The translations under genes and the position numbers were made by a program. The notes beneath the pieces are model-generated. The model made no database searches and was not told the origin of the DNA. It was given only the letters and a program-made list of their open reading frames with translations. Shown piece by piece: positions 55,050-62,767 of a stretch of DNA of 62,767 bases. Location of the stretch: IMG/VR virus record IMGVR_UViG_3300025647_000034, positions 1 to 62,767 of that record; one strand, 5' to 3'. The first letter of the stretch is position 1, and each line of letters starts with the position of its first letter. This DNA is from a virus. Its lineage: Duplodnaviria > Caudoviricetes.

Positions 55050-58000
55050 ATGAAGATAACCAAGAGTTTCGTTGCTGGGATCATGAATAAGGATCTCGAT
55101 GAGCGTTTGATACCCGACGGTCAGTACGTCGATGCTATGAACATTCAGATTGGCTCATCAGAGGCCACGAATGTTGGTGCTGTCGAGAACGAGTACGGCA
55201 ACAGCCTTGTGGATAGTGCGGCATATGAGCATAGTACAGGAACCTGTATAGGTGCTATTGCTGTTGAGGAAGTTGGCTGCATTTATTGGTTTGTTATTGG
55301 GAACAACGGTAACTACATCTACGAATACAACCAAGATACAGGGGACGTCGTTGTAGTGCTAAAAGATACTCGACCAGGCGCAAACAATGTCCTGAACTTT
55401 GACAACGAGCATATAATCACGGGCGTAAACTATGTCAATGGTTTCCTGTGTTGGACGGACGACCTAAACCCACCACGCAAGATTAATATCCAGCGTGCCA
55501 AGGCGTATGGCGCAAATAACTTTAACGATGATGACATTAGCGTCATTGTAAAGCCACCATTGAATCCACCAACTATAACTGGTAGAAATGACTCAACAAT
55601 TAACTCCAATAATCTATCAGAGAAGTTTCTATACTTTGCTTACAGATACAAATATGTAGATGACGAGTATAGCTCGTTGTCCCCGTTTTCGGAAGTTGCA
55701 TTTACTCCAGAGCGTTTCTCAGTCGATGGGTCTAGTGGGGTAAACAATGCGATGGTAAATGTGAATAACGTATACGACGTCACATTTGAGACCGGAGACG
55801 AGAACGTCACTGACATACAGTTAATATTTTACGACACAAGTAAAATCAATGCGTATATTATTGACACATTCAACAAGGAAGAACGTAAGTATGACAACAA
55901 CGATGTAGAGACATTCTCTTTTTACAACAATAAGATATACGCACCTCTTCAAACAGACCAGCTTACTCGTTTGTTTGATAACGTTCCATTGAAGGCAAAG
56001 GCTCAAGAGCTTGTTGGAAATAGATTGGCATATGGAAACTACACGCAGTTCTATGACATTAGAGACTGCGATGGTTTGGATATACCCATCTCATATAACA
56101 TAGAATTAAACTCTAACACCTATGACGATTTGGGTGAAACAATAGAGACGCCTCTTCCAACATGGAAGTCAAACAGGGATTATGAAATTGGTATTGTGTA
56201 CTTGGATGAATATGGTCGCATGACCACCGTTCAAACATCTCCAAATAACAACATATTTATTGATCCCGAGTATTCGGACAACCAAAACAAGCTTCGAGTA
56301 AACATATACAACGAAGCCCCTTGTTTTGCTACTCATTATAGATTGGCTATCAAACAAAGCAAAGGGGACTACTATAACATATACCCTACGTTCTTTGTTG
56401 AGGATGGCTCATACAAATATTTTAAAATCAATAAATCAGACGTAGACAAGGTTCAAGCAAATCAATACATCGTGTTTAAAACGGATTCGGGTGGTGTCGT
56501 AAATAGCGCTCCACAATATAAGGTCCTCGATGTATCTTATTTGTCAAAAGACCAATTAGGGGCTGGTGTTCCTAGCGTAGAAGGTGTTTACATCAAGCTC
56601 TCTGTAGACAATGAAGTCAAGATATCAAAGGACATTGTTCAGACAACAAAGTACAGGGGCCAAGGTGCAAATTCCACGGCTGGTTTAAGAACTGCTCCTC
56701 AAATTACGTGTAACAACGGAACCAAAAATCCAATACTATCAAATGTAAGTTCCACAGTTAAGGATGGTGCCAGAACCGTTGACAATCCAATATTTTATGG
56801 TGTCAATTCACAGGCAGCAAACATTCTTAATATAGAAAGAAGCAATCAGTTCTTTGGGACTTTTGATATTAGATACAGAATTGAAATTACGTCTGGTGGA
56901 GCGTCACCAAAGTTTAACTATTACATGTTTGGTGATTCACAAAAAGTACTTGCGTCTGACCAAACAATTATAGCGGGAACAGAGATTGCTCTAAAGGATG
57001 GTCAAAACGGAACTGACGTCGCTTATATTTCTTTTTCTTCAACATCAAATCTTACGGTTGGCGACTATTGGACTATTAGTTGCAGATCAAGCGGAGGGAA
57101 GAACTTGTTTGGAACTCGTACAGCATTTGACGACAAGCAGCGATTTGGTGGATTTGCTATAATTCCTGCTGATTACCAAATAAATGTTGGGGCTCAAATT
57201 AAGTTTAGAATTTCTGAAAGCCAAAACGTACCAGATCAACCAGAACAGATATTCACATCATCTAGAAGCTATGTAAACCTTGAAGAATGGTTTTACGAAG
57301 ATGGCATATACAATAAGTTTGTAATGCTTTCTGGCACATTGGTTGGAGATGCCCCTGGTACAAACAAAGGTTCAAAGAGTGTGTTCTTTAGAAGAGGAGA
57401 CTCGCTAGATAACTCTCCTGTTCGTGGTCAAAGAGTTGGGCAAATCATCCAAAACGGAAAGTCAATCGACGTTGCCAATGGCGAATTGTTCATGCTGATC
57501 CAAGGATATGGGAATGCGTATAAAAATGTCGCTTCAAGGATATTGGGAACCGACTATTATTCTTGTGAAAGAAACATTATCACCGTTGATGTTGAGGTAT
57601 CTCAGTTAGTTGATACTGTTATTATAGAGACAGTTCCAAAGGATTCTGATGTAGACGTCTACCACGAACTTCCATATACGTATGAAGTGACAGATAGCTT
57701 ACACCAAAGCGCTGGTCTTACTGGTGAGCAGAATCAAACTAGGAACAGCGGATCTACAACACAGAAGCCTGCCATTATAGAAGTACCATCGTTCAATGCG
57801 TTTACATTTGGAAATGGTGCTGAGTGTTATCGCATCAAAGACGACTTCAATTCTTATACAATGAAGTATAGTCCAAGAGTTCTTTCTACTACTGATGACT
57901 ATGCTCAAGAACAAGTAAAAAATGCAATTACTTATAGCGGTGTTTACCAAGTAACGTCTGGTTTAAATAAGTTGAACGAGTTTAACTTATCAAATGCCAA

Positions 58001-60413
58001 CTTCAAATACTTGGACCAAGACTTTGGTAGCATTCAAAAGCTCTATGCCCGTGACACTGACTTGATTGTGTTCCAAGAAAATAAGGTGTCAAAGGTATTG
58101 TACGAAAAGAACCTATTGAGCGATGCGGTAGGCGGAGGCACAGTGGCTTCAATACCACAGGTACTTGGAACGCAGATTGCATACAGCGGTGAGTATGGCA
58201 TTTCTAATAACCCTGAAAGCTTCGCCAAGTGGGGTAACAACGTATTCTTTACCGATGAGCGAAGAGGGGCTGCTCTTCGATTGGGCCAAGATGGTATATA
58301 TGAAATATCGTCTCAAGGAATGAGAGATTGGTTCCGTGACTTGTTTATCAATGACGGATCAAAACAGAAGCTTGGAGCCTACGACCCATATCATGGTATG
58401 TATGTGTTGTCATCAAACGAGACCAATGCGGTACCATGTGAGTTTGATATCTCAAGGAATGGCCTGTTTGTTTCAAAGACAGCAAATAGCTCAATGTATC
58501 TTTTTACAATTAGAAGTAATAGATCTTGGACTATCACATACTCAGCCGCTTGGTTGACAAATGTCACGTTGAGCGGAAGTGGAAACTTGGACGTATACGG
58601 AACTCTTGCCGAGAACAACGGATCAACAGTCCGTTCTGTCGTTGTTACTGTTGCAGGATGCTCAGGTAATGAATCATTTACATTGCAGCAAGGGCCATCT
58701 CAAAAGGTGAACCGATATGTAGTCGTCGTAAACAATACAACTGACGCCACGAAGGTCGCTACCCAGTTGTACAATATGACTAGCACAGGTGGACTTGGTA
58801 TACAGTTCGTTGATACCGTCTTGCAACCAACCAATGTGTCTTTGTATGACCTCTATGGCGGGTACTCTGGAGATGGACAAATTCCTTTGCCATCTGAAGT
58901 TGTTACCATGCGTGGATACGATGAGGTTGTTGGAATCAACGGAGGTACGGCTAAGCCATTTATCCCTGCTCTTGGAAACAAGATGTACTACTTGGTTTCA
59001 AACACTAAGTATGAGCAAACGGATTACGAGACATTGATCGCTGCTGCTACTCAGATTACTCCGTCATATGTGAGCGGAAATTATGATGCCACATATACAT
59101 ATACAAACCCATCTAACGACGATTACTTGTATATGATTTGGGACTACAGAAACATCCTGGATTGTGGTGAAACTGGGTCATACTCGGGATCAGCTAGTCA
59201 AGTACCATTGATATTCAATGTTGGCCAAGATCGTGGTTTGATTGATGTGTCATACACTGTAAATACCGGAGATATGAGGTTCCAAATCTCATACGACGGC
59301 TCTGTTGTTGCCGACTCAGGCGTAGTGTCAACAAGTGGAACGCTGTCTTTTATCAAGAGAAGTTCATCTCCTACAACAGCCACGTTGATTATAACCAACG
59401 AGAACATTGGAGGAGGAACAATAGACTTTGACGCAAGCATGGCTTGCCCTGTTCTTACGCCAATTGAGATTGACCCAACCAATGGGGACTCGTCAAATGT
59501 ATGTAGTCAAACGAGCTACGGAACTTACTACGCAGATAGTTCTAGTGGAGCTGTTGAGTTAGGTGCACGCATCTATACCGACTCACTTGGAACTACTCCG
59601 TTTGATGGTGGAAATGCATATCACAGAGTTGGCCCTGGAGGAACAGATTACTCAGTTATTGACGAGAATGGATACGTAATAGCGTTCAACTCTTGTACGT
59701 GCTCTGAGGTCGCTGTACCAACAGTGACTCAGTCAGATGTTGTGTTTGCTCCCAACCAAGAAATCTTCATTCAGCTTGAGGCGTCTAACAACCCAATCGA
59801 ATGGGATCTGTCTTCTTCTTGTTTGAGATATGAGCTTTCAGGCGGAACATCAGGCGGCGTGTTTACTGGTATCAACTGCACAACAGGACTGCCAAACGTG
59901 GTGTCTGTAAACGCAGGGGAAACCATATACGCATGCTCATCAGCCGTGTTTGTGAAGAACATCGGCACAGATGCATCATCTACTAGCACGGGGGTATGTG
60001 GAGAAGAGATTCTTCCTCCAGGTGTTACCATTGACTCCATAAGTGGAACAATCTACGGCACATCAGAGTCAATCGGTACATTTGAGGTAACTGTCAACGC
60101 CACTAACTGCTTTGGAACTAGTGCAGATGAAACATTCTTTATCTTGGTACAAGACGAGCAAGAAAAACTAACTGCCTTTGGTATTGACTCGACTGGATAT
60201 GCGACGGCTGCTGCGTCATGTGGTGTTGTCACAAACATCCAAATCAAGTACCACAGTGGAGAGTTTACATTCCCTGTCTTGAATGATTATATTTATGCAG
60301 ACCAAAACAAGGTTTCCCCTGTTGATGGGTCTAGCCTTTGGTATGCAATGAACAATGGTCAAACCATACAGGTTGATGGAACCGGCAAGGTAATAGGTAT
60401 TGAAAATTGCTAA
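55050..60413 (+). CDS. Large tail nozzle/muzzle-type protein
   Basis: MNKDLDERL..GQYVDAMNI N-terminus, YGISNNPES, beta-rich; C-terminal Ig-like and Cys-containing extensions. Confidence 0.75.
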   Translation: MKITKSFVAGIMNKDLDERLIPDGQYVDAMNIQIGSSEATNVGAVENEYGNSLVDSAAYEHSTGTCIGAIAVEEVGCIYWFVIGNNGNYIYEYNQDTGDVVVVLKDTRPGANNVLNFDNEHIITGVNYVNGFLCWTDDLNPPRKINIQRAKAYGANNFNDDDISVIVKPPLNPPTITGRNDSTINSNNLSEKFLYFAYRYKYVDDEYSSLSPFSEVAFTPERFSVDGSSGVNNAMVNVNNVYDVTFETGDENVTDIQLIFYDTSKINAYIIDTFNKEERKYDNNDVETFSFYNNKIYAPLQTDQLTRLFDNVPLKAKAQELVGNRLAYGNYTQFYDIRDCDGLDIPISYNIELNSNTYDDLGETIETPLPTWKSNRDYEIGIVYLDEYGRMTTVQTSPNNNIFIDPEYSDNQNKLRVNIYNEAPCFATHYRLAIKQSKGDYYNIYPTFFVEDGSYKYFKINKSDVDKVQANQYIVFKTDSGGVVNSAPQYKVLDVSYLSKDQLGAGVPSVEGVYIKLSVDNEVKISKDIVQTTKYRGQGANSTAGLRTAPQITCNNGTKNPILSNVSSTVKDGARTVDNPIFYGVNSQAANILNIERSNQFFGTFDIRYRIEITSGGASPKFNYYMFGDSQKVLASDQTIIAGTEIALKDGQNGTDVAYISFSSTSNLTVGDYWTISCRSSGGKNLFGTRTAFDDKQRFGGFAIIPADYQINVGAQIKFRISESQNVPDQPEQIFTSSRSYVNLEEWFYEDGIYNKFVMLSGTLVGDAPGTNKGSKSVFFRRGDSLDNSPVRGQRVGQIIQNGKSIDVANGELFMLIQGYGNAYKNVASRILGTDYYSCERNIITVDVEVSQLVDTVIIETVPKDSDVDVYHELPYTYEVTDSLHQSAGLTGEQNQTRNSGSTTQKPAIIEVPSFNAFTFGNGAECYRIKDDFNSYTMKYSPRVLSTTDDYAQEQVKNAITYSGVYQVTSGLNKLNEFNLSNANFKYLDQDFGSIQKLYARDTDLIVFQENKVSKVLYEKNLLSDAVGGGTVASIPQVLGTQIAYSGEYGISNNPESFAKWGNNVFFTDERRGAALRLGQDGIYEISSQGMRDWFRDLFINDGSKQKLGAYDPYHGMYVLSSNETNAVPCEFDISRNGLFVSKTANSSMYLFTIRSNRSWTITYSAAWLTNVTLSGSGNLDVYGTLAENNGSTVRSVVVTVAGCSGNESFTLQQGPSQKVNRYVVVVNNTTDATKVATQLYNMTSTGGLGIQFVDTVLQPTNVSLYDLYGGYSGDGQIPLPSEVVTMRGYDEVVGINGGTAKPFIPALGNKMYYLVSNTKYEQTDYETLIAAATQITPSYVSGNYDATYTYTNPSNDDYLYMIWDYRNILDCGETGSYSGSASQVPLIFNVGQDRGLIDVSYTVNTGDMRFQISYDGSVVADSGVVSTSGTLSFIKRSSSPTTATLIITNENIGGGTIDFDASMACPVLTPIEIDPTNGDSSNVCSQTSYGTYYADSSSGAVELGARIYTDSLGTTPFDGGNAYHRVGPGGTDYSVIDENGYVIAFNSCTCSEVAVPTVTQSDVVFAPNQEIFIQLEASNNPIEWDLSSSCLRYELSGGTSGGVFTGINCTTGLPNVVSVNAGETIYACSSAVFVKNIGTDASSTSTGVCGEEILPPGVTIDSISGTIYGTSESIGTFEVTVNATNCFGTSADETFFILVQDEQEKLTAFGIDSTGYATAAASCGVVTNIQIKYHSGEFTFPVLNDYIYADQNKVSPVDGSSLWYAMNNGQTIQVDGTGKVIGIENC

Positions 60414-61144
60414 TGGCTAATTATACACTAACATATTCTCAACAGGGACAAGGGTGGACATCATTCCACTCTTACTATCCCGATTGGATGCTTGGAATGT
60501 CAAGCCGCTTTTATACGTTTCATGAAGGTAAACTGTACTTACACAACGACCCAAATGTAGACAGGAATTCGTTTTATGGAGACCCGACTGTTGCGTCCAA
60601 AGTGGTGATGGTTTTTAACCAAGATCCATTGTCGGCTAAGATGTTTAAGACATTGGAGGTAGAGACAGATTCACCTTGGGACACCGTTATTACAACTGAC
60701 ATGTCTTCAGGGTCAATGGATGCGTCTTACTACGACTTGAAGGAGGGCAATTATTTCACGTACATACGTAGAAACCAAAACGCCACTAACCTTGATTTGT
60801 TGTCAGCGCAGGGAATTGGAGCATTGCAGTCTGTAGTTGGTACTACTTTGAACTTTGCATTTCAAGTTCCAGGAGCCATTAGTGTGGGAGATGTGATTTA
60901 TTACGATAACGCTGGCACTATTGTTCAAGTTGGAGTTGTCTCTGCTCATACTGGTAGTTCTATAACGGTTACTACATTACTGAGTTCGCCATCACCTGGA
61001 GATTTTATTCTTTACATTAAGAACAGCCAAGCTGAGTCATTTGGCGCCCGTGGTTATTACATGCAGGTTGAATTAACTAACGATAGCACGACTGACATCG
61101 AGCTATTTTCTGTTTCTTCAGAGGTGTTCAAGAGTTACCCGTAA
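60413..61144 (+). CDS. Tail protein (nozzle C-terminal-like)
   Basis: TAATG-coupled; GWTSFHSY.P, GARGYY. Confidence 0.65.
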   Translation: MANYTLTYSQQGQGWTSFHSYYPDWMLGMSSRFYTFHEGKLYLHNDPNVDRNSFYGDPTVASKVVMVFNQDPLSAKMFKTLEVETDSPWDTVITTDMSSGSMDASYYDLKEGNYFTYIRRNQNATNLDLLSAQGIGALQSVVGTTLNFAFQVPGAISVGDVIYYDNAGTIVQVGVVSAHTGSSITVTTLLSSPSPGDFILYIKNSQAESFGARGYYMQVELTNDSTTDIELFSVSSEVFKSYP

Positions 61145-61163
61145 TATATAGTATCTTTGCAAT

Positions 61164-61925
61164 ATGCCAGTTTTACCATTAGCAATACCAATAGCTACAA
61201 CGCTTATAGGCTCTGGCCTTAATGTTGGGCAAGCAATTGGAGCATCAAAAAAACGCAAAGAAGCCGAGGCTGCTGCAGATGAAGCTGCTGCTCGCTTAAG
61301 GGCTATGCGATACGAAGACACGATGGCTGGTCTTCAAGTACCAATGATGGGATTTGAGCAGGCTGCCCAAAAACAAGCACAGCGTGAAGCCATGCAGATT
61401 CAAGCACTACAGGAAGCTGGTGGAGCTGCTGTACTTGGCGGTACTCCTGGTCTTGCCGCCATGGGGGCAGAAGAAGACTTGGCACGAATGGCTCAGATTG
61501 ACCAAATGGAGTACGCAAGAAATTTAGAGCGTGCTCGCAACCAGCAAGCTATATCAAATGCCAACCTTGAGTTACAAGCCAACATTGAGGGAATGGAACT
61601 TGGTGGAGCACAGCAAGCTGCTGCTCAAGCTGAGTCAGACAAGCGTGCTGCATTAAGTAGTGCTGCTCAAACAGTTGCGCAGGCCGGCATTGATATTTAT
61701 GGATTAAGTGCTTTGTATCCACAACAGAAGACAAAGGCTGCTGCACCAAAACAAAACATATTTAATGCTCCTCAAGCATTTGAAGGTGTAAGCAGGACTC
61801 CAAAAATAGATGTTAGACCAAAGTCTATTTACGATGGGCTAACTGTACCCGATTACCTAACAGGTGGTGCATTAGTAACTCCTCCTATATCATCTATAAC
61901 CTCAGGTACTGAACTGAATTTTTAA
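61164..61925 (+). CDS. Putative ejection protein
   Basis: Hydrophobic Gly/Ala N-terminus plus Ala/Gln coil; promoter TATCTTTG at 61152. Confidence 0.65.
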   Translation: MPVLPLAIPIATTLIGSGLNVGQAIGASKKRKEAEAAADEAAARLRAMRYEDTMAGLQVPMMGFEQAAQKQAQREAMQIQALQEAGGAAVLGGTPGLAAMGAEEDLARMAQIDQMEYARNLERARNQQAISNANLELQANIEGMELGGAQQAAAQAESDKRAALSSAAQTVAQAGIDIYGLSALYPQQKTKAAAPKQNIFNAPQAFEGVSRTPKIDVRPKSIYDGLTVPDYLTGGALVTPPISSITSGTELNF

Positions 61926-61928
61926 TAA

Positions 61929-62767
61929 ATGGCAACATTTGCAAAATATGTAGCACCACAGGTCCAGCGAACAGATTGGGGAGCCATTACTCGTGGCTTA
62001 TCAACTGGTTTGCAGGAGGTGTATAAAGACCGTGAACAGCAGAAGGCTGATCTCGACAAGCTCGAGATGGACGCCGCTGCAGAGGTCAACAATACTGAGA
62101 TGGGTAAGTCTCAGACCTTTAATGAGTTCACTCTTAAAGGCATCAACACCACTAAGGAGTACATGGCTTCTCAGAACAAACTTCTAAAGCAAGGCCTCAT
62201 TACTCCGGCTCAGTATAAGCTAAACATCCTTCGTGCTCAAGAAGGATGGCAGACATTTGCAAAGAATGCAGAGACATTTAACCAAGACTACGCAGACTTC
62301 TTGGATCGTCTCGATAAGGGAGAGGCATCTTCATTAGAAGAGTTTGCTCGTGAGAACTATTTGTCTCTCACTGATCTTACCAATAAGCAGATCTATGTAA
62401 ACCCTGTTGACGGTAATGTATACATCGCTAAGGTTGATCCAAAGACGGGTCAGGTTATGACCGATGGCTTGATGGATGTTAAGACCATCAACAACGCCTT
62501 GAACCAAAAGGTCACAAAGTTAAACCTTGCTGCAGCCGTAAACGACTATGTGAAAGTATATGGTCAGTACGGAGGTAAAGATCCTGTTACCGGTAAATAC
62601 GTCTTATCTGGAATTGATCTAAATAAGAAGGACGAGATCTTGAACACCACCACTGACGCTATCCTTGCAAACAGCAAAGCCGTTGCGTCTGTTCTTCTTG
62701 ACAATGCCAAGGGATACAGAGCTGTTAGTCCTGAGACCTACGCTTCATTGAGCCCTGATGAAAAGAG
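61929..62767 (+). CDS. N-terminal part of putative ejection protein (MATFAKYVAPQ...), continues at position 1
   Basis: Open from ATG 61929 to the window end; missing from the ORF track. Confidence 0.75.
   Translation, partial: MATFAKYVAPQVQRTDWGAITRGLSTGLQEVYKDREQQKADLDKLEMDAAAEVNNTEMGKSQTFNEFTLKGINTTKEYMASQNKLLKQGLITPAQYKLNILRAQEGWQTFAKNAETFNQDYADFLDRLDKGEASSLEEFARENYLSLTDLTNKQIYVNPVDGNVYIAKVDPKTGQVMTDGLMDVKTINNALNQKVTKLNLAAAVNDYVKVYGQYGGKDPVTGKYVLSGIDLNKKDEILNTTTDAILANSKAVASVLLDNAKGYRAVSPETYASLSPDEK

Overview
This window looks like a complete, circularly permuted ~62.8 kb genome of a lytic, podovirus-type phage of a Bacteroidota host. The ORF running off the right end (61929-62767) continues in frame into 1-667. 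Host evidence is many TAnnTTTG promoters, A-rich leaders without obvious SD sites, and Flavobacteriaceae-type Fur-box palindromes. The + strand arm (30215-62767, then 1-10108) encodes lysis genes, two tail fibres, GroEL/GroES, a head spike, terminase, portal, capsid, tail and ejection proteins, and a 3.1k-aa modular protein. The - strand arm (29492-10135) encodes small early genes, then recombination, replication and nucleotide genes (Sak3, RecE-like exonuclease, SSB, primase-helicase, SF2 helicase, class II RNR, dCMP deaminase). I found no DNA polymerase, RNA polymerase or integrase. The most striking feature is non-coding. The early transcript starts with a boxB/boxA-like leader and is punctuated between genes by four ~49-nt mini-tRNA elements (acceptor stem, T-arm and GCCA; no D or anticodon arm) and one canonical hammerhead ribozyme, suggesting an rRNA-operon-like RNA processing system. 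Also notable: apparently leaderless late mRNAs, a GATC-depleted early region, two inverted origin-like elements, and motif-delimited cargo cassettes in the giant protein. All family calls come from manual motif recognition; no searches were run.
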